Shown one piece after another: positions 12,722 to 27,300 of a stretch of 64,000 nt of DNA (positions are counted from its first letter, which is position 1; every line of letters starts with the position of its first letter). Position numbers and translations under genes: made by a program. The stretch is taken from positions 13,206,001 to 13,270,000 of the forward strand of contig NW_025963890.1 of NCBI RefSeq assembly GCF_023055435.1, read 5' to 3'. Below the pieces are notes generated by a model. That model did no database searches, was not told the origin of the DNA, and was given only the letters and a program-made list of their open reading frames with translations. This DNA comes from Haliotis rufescens. Taxonomy: Eukaryota.

Positions 12722-13608
12722 AAAGGATAAAAGATTGTTAAGGATAACAGTTGGAGGATAAAAGATTGTTGAGGATAACAGTTGGAGGATAAAAGATTGT
12801 TGAGGATAACAGTTAGAGAATTGAAGATTGGTGAGGATAACAGTTAGAGAATTGAAGATTGGTGAGGATAACAGTTTGAGAAATGAAGATTGTTGAGTAA
12901 TAACAGTTGGAGAAATGAAGATTGTTGAGGATAACAGTTGGAGAAATGAAGATTGTTGAGGATAACAGTTGGAGAAATGAAGATTGTTGAGGATAACAGT
13001 TGGAGAAATGAAGATTGTTGAGGACAACAGTTAGAGAAATGAAGATTGTTGAGTAATAACAGTTGGAGGATTGAAGATTGTTGAGGATAACAGTTGGAGA
13101 AATGAAGATTGTTGATAATAACAGTTGGAGAAATGAAGCTTGTTGAGGATAACAGTTGGAGAAATGAAGATTGTTGAGGATAACAGTTGGAGAAATGAAG
13201 ATTGTTGATAATAACAGTTGGAGAAATAAAGATTGTTGAGGATAACAGTTGGAGGACTGAAGCTTGTTGAGGATAACAGTTTGAGAAATGAAGATTGTTG
13301 AGGATAACAGTTGGAGGATTGAAGATTGTTGATGATAACAGTTGGAGAAATGAAGATTGTTGAGGATAACAGTTGGAGAAATGAAGCTTGTTGAGGATAA
13401 CAGTTGGAGAAATGAAGATTGTTGAGGATTACAGTTGGAGGATTGAAGCTTGTTGAGTAATAACAGTTGGAGGATTGAAGATTGTTGAGTAATAACAGTT
13501 GGAGGATTGAAGATTGTTGAGGATAACAGTTGGAGGATTGAAGATTGTTAAGGATAACAGTTGGAGGATTGAAGATTGTTGAGGATAACAGTTGGAGGTT
13601 TGAAGATT
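12722..13608. repeat. Minisatellite, 31-bp unit GAAGATTGTTGAGGATAACAGTTGGAGAAAT, ~28 copies
   Basis: Direct tandem periodicity. Confidence 0.97.
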
Positions 13609-15532
13609 AATGGTAAGTATGCCAGACCACATTATTTTCTATTCTTACATAGCATTTCCCTAAAAAAAAATCAAAACAATTGTTTAAATTGTAAATGTTA
13701 CTTGTTTGTATCTTTGTCAAAACATTTAATTATAACTTATTTTTTAAAAATTAACCTCCAATCCATGCTGACAAAGAATATGCTTACCTCTGCCTTCTCA
13801 CATTTGAACAAGACATTCAAGAAAACAATAAGTTACAATGATGTGGTCCAAACAAATAAATACAGATTCTTAACATGTGTTTGTATCATTAACATTACAT
13901 ATAAGGAATAAAAATTGTATTATGTGAGCCTAAAGTAATAATTTCTTCATCACATAATGTCTTAAAATACAATAATCGAAGTCTAAGACTTCACGAAGGT
14001 ATTCTTAGATACCGTGTAGGAATACAAAGCTTGAGTGAACCGATGATATTGAAGACATAGTGCCAAATGATTTGCCGTCATGTTTACATGGTTTGTTGTC
14101 ATGTTTACATGGTTTGTTTACATATATGAGCACTCATACATCGGCAAACCACGAATCCTTCATTGACTGCTAAGCAATGGGCTTTTTAGCTTGTAGGCAT
14201 CACATCGATGTACAGAGCTTTCTAAAAGTAGTTCCTCCTCGACCTCATTTGCATATTTATCCAATGGTGACCCCAAGTTTGTAGTATGGTCTCTAATCCC
14301 TGCCAGATGTGAATGCTGATTAAAATATTGGTATATACCATCTTACATCCTAAACTGTAGCACTTGTTTCCCTGGAAACCGATGAACCCAAACAGCATCA
14401 TGCCACAAATATATCAAAATATAAAAATATTCAGATACACACACACACTTGTTCAAATTTTCACTTCAACCTACAAGCAATGACCAAAGCAAATCTTTGA
14501 GTAGGAAATATTACTATAATCAAATGAATGTGGCCTTAATAGAGTCTAAAGCACATTCTGATAACACAGCTATAGTAACTATATTTGTATGAAAAAATAC
14601 TACTTAACATCTGAAGCATTCTGAGCTAATCTATGATATGGCAAGCTTCACCAAGCAAAGCTACATCAACACACCTGAGTTCTGCTAGGCCCTACATTGT
14701 GTCAAATGCAGTGCCCAACATTGGAAGGATCCATTAAAAAACTACAGAAAAAGAACAATCTGGTCATATTTGATTAAATATGACGAAATGAAAATGCCAA
14801 TGATGCCATGATATCTTGCATGTGGTTTTATTTGATAGACTAGAAAGTAAACTTGTGATGAAATTGACAAATTCATGGAATAAAGCTACTAATTATTGCA
14901 GGAAATCCTCGATCAAAACCTGCTTGACACAAACAGTTAAACTTAAAGTTTCAGTTCCCCTCTGAGAAAATTGAGTCCACATGTGTCTCCTGTGACATGA
15001 AAACAAATGCATGCACCAGAGGCTGCGATTCTAGTCCTGACATTACCCTGTCATCTGAACCATGGCTGATTTGTGTCCAGCCCTCACTGTCACATTGTGT
15101 TGTGTGAGTTGTGTTTAACACGCTTTAAACAGTATTCCAGTTATATCACGTCGTGTCAGATTAATGTGGGACGAAAGCCCCAAGTGATGCAGGTGTCAGA
15201 CGTTTACCACTTCGGTGAAACCCGCGTGCCAAAGGGACACAACTCTGCTCAGCAACATTGAGTTCAGAACCCCCATCACAACAATAACCTTTCATTCAAA
15301 CTTCAAACCACAGTTCTTGAGCTTGTAACGGTCACCATCAAGCAAAATCTGCTGACCTATCTGTCATAAAAATCATAGAATTTGCCACTGTGAACATGAC
15401 AACAAGACGAAATTTATGCTGGAAAGTTGTGTACAAAAGCAAATCTGTGCAAGAAGTTTTCTCCCCAAAACTTGTATACCTCTAATACCAAATACATCAA
15501 GGTCTTCACCTCCATTACTGTACTCTTGCAGT

Positions 15533-15925
15533 GGGGCTGGGACAAGTCCAAATTTACTACCCGGGTACCAAAGCCTCTATCATCCGACCCTACCCGGGTA
15601 CCCGGGTAGAATTGTTTGAACAGAGCTCTGACAAAAAGTATTTAGATACACTCCCCTACACTATAAAACGATCTGGTCATGTATACACTGAAGTTGACTG
15701 AAGCTTTATCTATATTCAAAAATATAAAAGTTAGAAGGAATGCATGCACTGTCAGAAAGAAATGCCAACATTAGCGACTTGTAGTGTAACCATGGAGTTC
15801 AAGATAATTTTCATCATTAAACAAAATAATCACGTGACTAACCATGGGACAGGATAGTCCTGGGGGTACCCAGGTCCTGCTCAGTGTCCCCCAACCCGAG
15901 TACCCGAGTTACTCATTCCAGCCTT
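15533..15925. mobile_element. hAT-like non-autonomous element
   Basis: Ends GGGGCTGGGACAAG...CTCATTCCAGCCTT; subterminal ACCCGGGTA repeats. Confidence 0.5.
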
Positions 15926-18117
15926 ATCTTGCAGGCTTTGCTTATTTCCGGTGTGTAAGCATTTGTCTACTATCAAAGCAATTAATACCACTTTTTAACA
16001 GGGTATAATCACAAACACAACCTTCCAGTTAATAGTCACTGAAGTCGTTTTTCACTGTAGGCAAGAGTAGACCCAACGGACACTGAGGACACTATATATG
16101 TTTGAAATGTACTTTTAAATACTGGGGTACATGTGCAAAATGGATATGCTTACTACATACAAAAATGATGGAAAAACGTGGTCAGTAGTATTGACAACAA
16201 AGGCCAGAGAATAAAGAACACATGAGTCATCAGCTGCAACAATTACATACGGCAGACCTCCATTTTGTTCAAATTAATATCCATAACATGAACCAGTTTA
16301 TAATTGACTGTTGAAATAAGAACTAATTAAGATTAATTACCTTAATTCTCTTCACAAAATAGTAAATGCAAAATAATGCTATGGCTACTTCACAAGTGAT
16401 ACCGTATTCGCCATAATAAACGTCCATGGAACTGCCAAAATTGAGAAAGGGGTGCTTATCATGCTTATTAAAACCATACACAAGTTAAATTTGTTGTCAC
16501 AGAAAGAGTGATAGACATGATAGAGAATAAAAAATATTTCAAACATCAATGAAACAACAACATTTTCAATTAAAATTATATAATCCTTTAACATTGCTTT
16601 CAGTTAGAAATCTACAATATAGCAAATACTGACTGTCAGATAGAAATTTGGGCGAAGTACAGCACGCTCATAAAGATTTCAGACTGACCTAGAAGTTGGT
16701 TCGGGGGTGATAATTAGAGCAGGGTGCTTTATACAGATAATATGGTAGGCCAAGAAGTAAATATATGTGGTCTTAAAGTCTTTTTCATACGGTTTACAAT
16801 AACTGCCTTAAATCTCAAACACAATTTGCCAGAAACAACATTTGTTGTAACTTGTGAGCATTCCAATCTGGTTTTTCAAATGCAATTTGATGATGGACCA
16901 ATTGTCTTCTCACCACAAGCTAACAAAAACTCCAGACAACAAACAGCCACTCCAGTCAGCACACATCTAGCACACATCTAGCACACAAGCATCTACAACA
17001 CAGAAGTACCGGGTCTGTATTCGTCGGGACAATGGCCCACAACACATTCTACATATAAATACACATTTGATGCTAGCCAGGACAAGCAAATATGAAAACA
17101 GACATGATCACATTCACTCCTTTCTGCTTTTGATTGTGCGATAATTGATAGGTACACACTGAATTGACATCATCAACAATTATGAATCATAAATTAAATA
17201 AAGTTGGTATGATGAACATTGACAATTATTTCCCACAGCCACACATACTTCACTAATCACTATACTCTCCACATGTCCACTTGACAGTGAAGATATGTCT
17301 GACCTTGAACCTCTCAAACAAAGACTGTAAGGCTAAAAAAATAATAGTCCTGGTTCTCAGGCACCGCCTGCATTATCATAAAGTTTGCCGCATGTTTCAT
17401 TTTTATTTCCATTTAAAAATAAAATAAAAATATCCTCAAATATTCCAAGTCCAACGGTAGTCAAATACTGTATTCCAGTATTTCATTCATTAAGGAATAC
17501 ATTTACATTGTATGTCCTTTCCCAGGTTGATTGTACACAACTGAATTTGGTTACCATGGTTACATACTAGAACAACAACACAAAAAACACCGCCTATCCG
17601 GACTATATTTTCAAATGTCATTGCCTGAGAACCAATTCTTTTATTTTTATAAAGCCTAAGTTGAAGCATTTCAGTTATCACGATAAGTAATCTAATTCTA
17701 TACAAAGTAAGAAAAGAAAACTACTCAACATGAGTGAGTTTTGTTTTAGGTTGATTCCAGCAATAGTCCATGCACATCAAGGCAGGGGACACCAGAATAT
17801 GGGCTTCATACACTGTACCCATGTGGGAACAGAACGTGGGCCTCCCGCATGACAAGCAACCATTTTAATTATTCAGTACCCCACAGCCCTTTTCATCAAT
17901 GGTAACAGTTTTCTCTTCAGAAGAAAATTTGTAAGACAATAATAACCATGATAACAATAACCCTAACACAGAAAGAGGCATCATACACGATTGTGTACGT
18001 CGTCTGCTGACTGCAAACAATTTCAAACCTATCAAAAACAAAATCACATTTCTCAAGTCACGCAGTCTGGAGCAAGCAAACATTTTGTTGACTAAACCTT
18101 GCGAGGCTTAGCCTTGG

Positions 18118-18372
18118 TCATGTGTCAATCAGTGGCAACTGAGGATTTGTTGGAACAAAGGTGTCAAGATCTTCGTCATCGATGTGGATGTCTGGCACGG
18201 AGTGTTCGTCGAAGTCCCCGAGCGCAATGTGATCCTGCAGAGTATATTTGGGGTCAATGGAGGAGAGTTTGAGGAATGTGTCTTCCAGCAGTTGTATCAC
18301 CGAGTCGTACTGGCCGTCGTGGTCCTCACTGTCACTCGGGGGAAGCAGGTGATGGCGGACAGACTGAACCAT
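18118..18372 (-). CDS. MYSM1: MYSM1 exon 16 (terminal coding exon)
   Basis: TTCCAG acceptor, [14 protein letters not shown]. Confidence 0.85.
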   Translation of the reverse strand: MVQSVRHHLLPPSDSEDHDGQYDSVIQLLEDTFLKLSSIDPKYTLQDHIALGDFDEHSVPDIHIDDEDLDTFVPTNPQLPLIDT

Positions 18373-21300
18373 CTGGAAGACAAACATTGTTTAGATCTTA
18401 CAATTACGTAGATATCACTTTGTTTACTGAGTCAATAAGGAGGTTGAGTTCACTGCTGCCCAGCATGGTGAGTGAGTGATTGGGTGAGTGGGTGAGTGGG
18501 TGAGTGAGTGAGTGCAAACAAGGGTTCGAACCCATGATAATAGCTTTCTGGTATGCCAAAGGGACGCAACTCTGCACAGTGAATTTGGGCTTAATGTGGG
18601 TAACAGAGCAGAGGGACCCAGGTTGTAGTCATTTACCACTTAGGTGAAACCTATAATCTCATAATAATCAGATATTTTACTCCAATATAATACATAAAAT
18701 CTGAGGACACCTCATTGGTAGTTGCATCAAGTGAACCCTGAGTGAAATGAAGGTTGTGGAGGCTCTTTGAGCCAATCAGATGTCAGCTTTCTAAAACTAA
18801 TAGGTTTCATTTAAGGAATTTCAATTTGTACAAAAGAGAAACCCACATAGAACACAAATATTCCTTCAATGGTACTTTGGGTGTAGATGACATGGCACTC
18901 GAGACATGACAGGGTGTATAAACAACAACAATATGCCGCTGCCTTAATTATCTAAAGTCAGAAGTGGTCATTTTAGTTCGACTTCGAGATCAGACATGCT
19001 GATCTGAATGCTTTGCCCGGTGAATCTTAGAAGTCTTGACGCTTACTGGCTGATCAGAAAGTTCAGCTGACACCTCCTGAGGTAATGTTGTCCGATGCAG
19101 TGAGGTATATTGTAGAAAAAGATCTGATTTGCATTAGACTGGTGAAACACACGCACATGTACGGCGCTGACAGATCAACAGGATCATAAACGGGATAAAT
19201 CTGAAAAGCAAATCTTGAACCAGTGCATGCAAGAAGACATTTTGGCCCTTGATCAAGCATGTGTACTAGGGGCCAAGTTTACCAAGGAGCGTAATGCAAA
19301 TCAATATGTCAGGTTGGATTCAACAACAATTCAAACTGTATACAAACCTTTGTGAGACAGGAAATGCCAAGAGCTACCCTGAACTGTCTGGACAAGTACA
19401 CCCTGTTGACATTGGAGGGGTACTTGTCCGCTAGAGCTATGAGCGGCCCGATGAGTTCCCCATCAGTACTGCTGTCATAGGTCATGCTGTAGTCAAACTC
19501 ATAGGGCAGGTCTGTAAAAAACATACAGTCTGTCTTTAATTCACAGTTTCGAAGCCCTAGGCTTGTTGGATTTTTGTTTTGTTTGTTTTGTTTCTTGTTT
19601 AACGCTGCACTCAGCAATATTCCAGCTATATGACGGCGGTCTGTATATAATCAAATCTGGACAAGACAATCCAGTGATTGATATCATAAACATCGATCCA
19701 CGCAATTTCTGATACCATGACATGCATCAACCAAGTCAGCGAGCCTGACCACACGATCCCCTTAGCCGCCTCTTACGACAAGCATGGGTTGATGAAGACC
19801 TATTCTACTCTGGATCTTCATGGGGACAATGATAACGAGCTCTGCAATGGTCTGAACAGCTGTTTCAGTAAGCCAGCTCATGATCTAAAGACGAGGGTGC
19901 CTCAAAATTGCTTGAAAGACAAGGAAAATGTTTACTTTTCACATCAGGGTTATCAAAAAAATCTCATTCCTGCTTTATTTCCAACACCGCTACGGCAGAC
20001 ATCAACAACTCACTGCAGTGATATTCTGGAGACATTTCACTCCCAATGGTGAGACACTGGACCTCCGATATGACCCCCGGGTTCAGTTTGTTGTAAGGGC
20101 TCACAATCACTCCAACAAAATGGCTGCCACCTTTGGCAAACCAGTCCTACAAGGTAAAATTCAAAACTGACAAATTTCAAAAGATATTTCTTTACACATC
20201 ATTCAAAGTGTAAGATGACTCCAAATCGCCTAGGTGGTTCTTATGACAAGCGTGAGTTACTGGTGATCTCCCAATATCCCTCAATAGTAAAGTGTGAATT
20301 TGGTGTCATGGTTTACAAGTGTATAAAATGCACAGTTATCCTTTTATTTGTTATTTGAAAAGTTAGATCAAATAACAACAATTTTAGAAATACCTATGAA
20401 AATATAATACTCTTATTACAGCGGACATCCTTAAACTTAAAGGTTAACAAATGTAAACACTGTTAACAAATGCAAACACTGTTAACAAATGCAAACACTG
20501 TAACAAATACAAACACTGTTAACAAATGCAAACACTGTTAACAAATGCAAACACTGTAACAAATACAAACACTGTTAACAAATGCAAACTGTTAACAAAT
20601 ACAAACACTGTTAACAAATGCAAACACTGTAACAAATGCAAACACTGTTAACAAATCCAAACACTGTTAACAAATGCATACACTGTTAACAAATACAAAC
20701 ACTGTTAACAAATGCAAACACTGTAACAAATGCAAACACTGTTAACAAATCCAAACACTGTTAACAAATGCAAACATTGTTAACAAATGCAAACACTGTA
20801 ACAAATGCAAACACCCACCTGAAACTTGAGCTGTGTTTCAATATCCCTGACAGAAGGGTTGGGGGCAAATGTTGGATGTGAGTGATACCAGCCGACTACA
20901 ATCAGGCCTGCCGCCGAGATCTGCTCACTGGCCTGCGTCTGGGAGACTGGAAAGAAACAAACATCATTTTGAAAGAGGACATTATATACTCACCAGCCAG
21001 AGTATCTGTCATCAAAATACATTTATTAATAGCTGAAAATTAACAATAACTAAGTATACAAATTCGCCGTCTCCGTAAAATTGAAATAGTTATAGTGACT
21101 GTCATATAGTTACTGTGTACCTATTACGACCTAGAGTCCTCGCAGGCATCCACTTATCCCTTTCAAACTGCTATGAAAACTTGTGCTATATTTACACTCA
21201 TCAGAGGGGTATACAAAGTATGTGATTTACACTACCAGTTGTCGGATTTTCATTTTTGTGAAAGCCTCAGTGGCTGAGTGGGTTAGATCGCTGACTTTGT

Positions 21301-24300
21301 GTACTGGCGATTAGGTGCCTCACTCTGGCAGTGTGGGTTCAAATCCTGGATGGGACTCAACCCCAAAAAAGTACGAGAATCTGTACTTTACTAAGAAAGC
21401 GTTATCCCAAATATAACATTTGTTCCTTTCAAACTGCTGTATATCCCTAAATTGGGAATGGAAATACTCAGACATTGTAAAACTGAATTTGAGATAATAT
21501 CAAATCTTCAAAGAAAATGAGAGGAATTCTGTGCTACTAATAATGAGTGAGTGAGTATGGTTTTACGCCGCTTTTAGCAATATTCCAGCAATGTCATGGC
21601 GGGGGACACCAGAAATGGGCTTCACACATTGTACCCATGTCGGGAGTCGAACCCGGGTCTTCGGCAAGACGAGCGAACGCTTTAACCACTAGGCTACCCG
21701 ACCGCCCCTGCTACTAATAAAGAACCACATAAGTAACAAGGACATGATCACACACACTCACGATACATGGCAACACATGGTTAGCATGGTAAGCTACTAC
21801 TCGACTACTGCTGGCTCGGACTAACCTGGGTCCATCTCACACTGCATGCCTGTACTGAGGCTGTTGCAGGGCATCCTGATGTCCTAATAAGGACATGATC
21901 ACACACACTCATGATACATGGTAACTCGACTACTTCTAGCTCGGACTTACCTGGGTCCATCTCACACTGCATGCCTGTACTGAGACTGTTGCAGGGCACG
22001 GCCATCCTGATGTCCTAATAAGGACATGATCACACTCACTCACGATACATGGTAACTCGACTACTGCTGGCTCGGACTAACCTGGGTCCATCTCACACTG
22101 CATGCCTGTACTGAGACTGTTGCAGGGCACGGCCATCCTGATGTCCTAATAAGGACATGATCACACTCACTCACGATACATGGTAACTCGACTACTGCTG
22201 GCTCGGACTAACCTGGGTCCATCTCACACTGCATGCCTGTACTGAGACTGTTGCAGGGCACGGCCATCCTGATGTCCTAATAAGGACATGATCACACACA
22301 CCTCAGCCGCTCACGATACATGGTAACACATGGTTAGCTAATACACGACAACTGCTGGCTCGGACTAACCTGGGTCCATCTCACACTGCATGCCTGTACT
22401 GAGACTGTTGCAGGGCACGGCCATCCTGATGTCCAGTATGCCCAGGTCACCATGGTACTGACCACCCAGCATCCCTATCACCTCTGTCTTGGAAATGTGA
22501 GCATGGACGTCCATAACTGCTACTGTCGTGTTGGTCATGGACACGCTGAAAGGAGCCTGTTTGAAAGAAGAAAGATCAGGAAAATATAGAACAGATGAAA
22601 CATACAACATAACACTGCCCTTTAGTAATATCAGTGACAAGAGATGCCAGGTTATTTCGCCAAGGGTACTGAAACTGTATTATGGTTTTACTATTATAGA
22701 CCTCTAGAGGATGCAGAACTTCTTAAGGGCTTCTTATCGTATGATCAAGAAAACACGTTTCAAATGCTGCTGATCAGAGCTGCCTACCCACAATTGCTTC
22801 CATATGTAGTGAGTGAGTGAGTTGGGTTTAACAACGCTTTTAACAATATTCCAGTAATATCATGGTGTGTCAGCAGACCAGGGTGTCACAGGTCTTAGAC
22901 GTTTACAACTTTGGTGAAACCCACGACACGGGTATGGTGCTGACAAACTAAGAAACATAATCGGGGCAATCCGGGATTCGAACCCACAATCATAGGTTTC
23001 TGGCATGCCCAAGGGACGCAACTCTGCACAGCTAATTGCAGCACCTCAGACGACTGGGCCATCCATGCCCCTGCTTCCATATGTAGTGGCAATACATTCT
23101 GTGTGTACAATGGTCACTCTTTGTTCTACAAGAACTAATGAATAGTTTTCCAAGTATTTATGGTTGTAGACAACTTTCATGCCTTTGGATATTTCAGATG
23201 TGAAATGGGGGCGGTCAGGTAGCCTAGTGGTTAAAGCGTTCGCTCGTCACGCCGAAGACCCGGGTTTCGATTCCCGACAAGGGTACAATGTGTGAAGCCC
23301 ATTTCTGGTGTCCCCCGCCGTGATATTGCTGGAATATTGCTAAAAGCGGCGTAAAACCATACTCACTCACTCACTCACTCAGATGTGAAATCATCTGCTT
23401 CTGCCTTCCCTTGTGCCACATCTTCATTAAATATGTTCAGCTTTGGTTACTTAAAATCTTTAGACTGACTAAAGAGGATCCATACTGAAAAGCACAGTGA
23501 GGATAACATTTTTAACTGCTACAGTGGTTTGAAGACATCAACCAGGTCACGACAGTCTGCATTACAAAACAGAATGAACACAATTTTTTTTTTGTAACTG
23601 CTATCAAATTCATTTGGCGAACAATGAAGTATGTAGGGCGTATCATCATATATTCGCAGTGTTTAGTGTACAAAATACGCAAATACAAGACACTTTTAAT
23701 GGATAGCATGTCCTCTTATTCTTTGTCATGACTTTCAAATACTTCTTGCTCCTTGATTAGGTGAATGATGAAGGAACATTCATTCATTCACCTGATCAAG
23801 GAGCAAGAAGTAGATCAGAAACGTTGTGACAAAGAATAAAAGAACATGATATCCATAACAAGTGACATGTATCCATCATGTTCATGTTCTCACAACTTCT
23901 AAATGCCCATCAAATACGCAAAATTCAAACTCTGCATGATCAGCAACATCTGACAACTCACCGGTCGATCTATGGTAAAGGGCTGGCATGGTATCAGTTT
24001 GAAGGGATCGTATGACACTTTCATCATCTTAGCAACCTTGACCTTCCTTTCTTCTCCAGATCCAGTCTTGTGCTGTGAACCGAAGATACAATTCATACAA
24101 CTGTCCAGAACAATAAAATATGCAACCTTTATTTAAGGGAAAACATACCCATGTCCACATAAAGTTCAGTCATTAGCATTCATTAGTCACGTCACTTACT
24201 TCAATTGTTTTTCCTTCCAATTCCTTTTCATCCACCCAGTGACCAGACGAGTCTCGGATCCGTCTCTTCCTGGGTCTCTGTTACCAAGACAAGACAATTG

Positions 24301-27300
24301 ATTCAAAGATCCTTTTCAAATGTTTTTTGGTAACGGTTTTCATCTGTCGGGTAACAATATCATTACTGATTTTGTATGAATAAGAAAACTTAGCATGAGT
24401 AACAGATATTTCTTGACATTGGTTAGAAATATGCCATAAAGACATGACATATTTTGCAGGGTCAGATGTTAAATAAATCATAGGATCAACCAGTGTATGG
24501 TTTTTCTCAGGGATTATGATGCATCAATAACAGTAAAACCCAGAACAGGTAACATATAAAAGTAAAATATGTTCAATTGTTACATTTTTTACACAACATA
24601 CCATGGAGTCAAGTTTATCCGACACAACAGCCATCCAGCCATCTCGGCCTGTATGTTTTAACTTGGCCCCAGTCGGCTGTGTCTTGCCGGGGTTGTTGTA
24701 GCATGCTTGTTCTGAAACAAAACACAACCATTACATTGTAGGTTAGTTGGTTTGTTGTTCAACAGCACACTCAGCAATATTCCAGCTATATGACGGCAGT
24801 CTGTAAATAATAGAGTCTGGACCAGACAATCCAGTGATTGATATCATGAGCATTGATCCACACAATTGGAATCAATGACATGCATCAACCAAGTCAACAA
24901 CCATTAGAAAACCTCATGAAACAATGTCTTTTCCTCTTTATGAACAGTCAAAGGTTTGACAGAACAAACGTGAGGTGGGATGAAATGGGGTTTTACATCG
25001 GTTTTAATCAAAGATTATTGCACTTATATAGCGATATGTGTGCATGTGTGTGTGGCTGCTTGTACTAGTCCGGACTGATGCCAATTTACAGTGCTTGCCC
25101 ACTGAGATACCAGGCCGCAGTTTAACATGAATACCCCATTTAGACACAGTAAACTGACTCTGAGCCGACCAGTCCTTGTTTTAGCTCCTCAATGCTGAGC
25201 GCCAGACAGGGTAATAACAAGTACCATTGTTTAACGTCTTTTGGTATGACCCTGCCAGGGATTGAACCCCAGACCTTCCGCTCTTGATCTAGAAATTAGT
25301 CAGGGGATGCTTATTAGATCAGTGCACTTATATCAGCAAAAATCGCACAGTCTTGAAAATATTGACTGAAAGCATGAGAAACAATCTCTGCCATCTATGA
25401 CACTCTATCAGCATGATCAGCAAAGTCATGGCTCAATATTCATTTTAATCTGGTCTTCCGACCAGCAGAAGGAACTGGGGACCTGTTCCGACCCAGAATC
25501 CCGAAGAGGTAACTAAGCTTTATTCATCTCCTGGCTGCCCACAAGAGTATAGTTCAAGGTTCACATTCCAAGATTCCTACCACAGCCAAAGTTAATGGTG
25601 CCGGTGCACTCCAGAAAGCAGTGTATCCTCCCTATACAGTTGACATCCCCACAGTTCTTCAAACCAGTCCGCACCGAAGTCTTATTCAGGAAGTTCGGTT
25701 TGCACTTTTTCCTGAAAGATGAAATAACCTTCATCAAACTAGTCGTGAGACGATACACCTATGCATCTGGGGATCGCTATTTTTCTTCTTGATACAAGTA
25801 TCCATCACAGTCACACACTAAGTAAAAAATATCAATTCTTACCTTAAATGTTTAATAACTGTTAAACCAAACATGAATTAGTAGGGAAAATCAGTGGTGA
25901 AAATGTAAATATTTTCATCCACTGGGCAATACTTGACACAGCCAACAGTAAATTATCCGAGTACCAGGTATTTGGCCATATTGTCTATGAAAAAGATGGC
26001 TTATAAGATTTGAGATAAGAGCTCATGCAAGTATCATTATGTACTGGATCATGAGCAAGGTATTGTGATACGTATCGGATCACACAGTTGGTGTATCGTC
26101 CCAGCCCTACATCAAACACAAGAGTTTACTGTGGGTGCTTGACGTAGTATGGAATAATTAATAAATAATAATAATATGTATATTTGTGGAAGGATCAGTG
26201 ATTTTGAGTCACTGAATTTAGGAATGCGCCTGTTTTGGTAGTTCATTGGTGTGGAACTGGAGATATGTGACATTTTTTATTAGAGTGGGTATGAGTGAGT
26301 ACTTTGGTTCCATGCTTTAGTTATTTTATTTACACCAAGGCACGTCAGCTTGATGAGGGAGAAAAGTGATGCAGGTCTTGGACGTTTACCACTTTGGTGT
26401 AACCCACTAGCAAGGGTATGATACTGGAAAACATCATCAGGTTAAACCTTGAATTCAACCCATTATCATGGGTTTCATGCATGCCCATTCATGTAAATCT
26501 TCACTGCGAATTGCGAGGACTTCGACAACTGGATCACCCATTCCCCAAGAATTATTATACATCACATGTATACTAAATGAAGTCTAATGTCTCGTGATCT
26601 AGCATGTGTGTCTATCATTGTCTAAAATGCTTGTCTAATCCTATCATACTTATTGTGGCCCTTTATGTTCGGTCGGGTAGCCTAGTGGTTAAAGCTTTCG
26701 CTCATCACGCCAAAGACCTAGGTTCGATTCCTGACATGGGTACAAGGTGTGAAGCCCATTTCTGGTGTCCCCCGCTGTGATATTGCAGGAATATTGCTAA
26801 AAGCGGTGTAAAACCATATTCACTCACTCACTCACTCACTCACTCACCCTTATGTTCCATAGGCTTTTATCCTACGTCATGAACCAAAAATATCTTAATC
26901 ACAAATCATTCCTATTTTTTGGTTCATTCACAACATTGAGTACACATCAATTAGAAATCCAATTTAACACATATTACTTCAGTATCAACATATACATGGT
27001 ACACAGCGTTTCAGCGAGTGTTTGAGTGAGTGTTGGAGTAAGCGAGTGAGTTGGGTTCAACATGTTTAATGCCGTTTTTAACAGTATTCCAGATATATCA
27101 TGACGAGACAGCTTAATCAGTGAGGAAAACCCGAAGTGATGCAGGTCTCAGAGGAGTACCACTTCAGTGAAATCCACAATCACAAGTACGATGCTGACAA
27201 ACCTAGAAACATAATCAGGGTGAACTGGATTAAAACCCACTATTATAGGTTTCTGGCATGCCCAAGGGATGCAACTCTGCAAAGTAAATTGAGGCACTGT

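Noticed and set aside
12581-13632. ORFs of 148 and 67 aa
   Set aside because: Translations of the 31-bp minisatellite.
23207-23285. tRNA genes at family A and D heads
   Set aside because: A/B boxes run straight into a SINE body with a microsatellite tail and TSDs; these are not standalone tRNAs.
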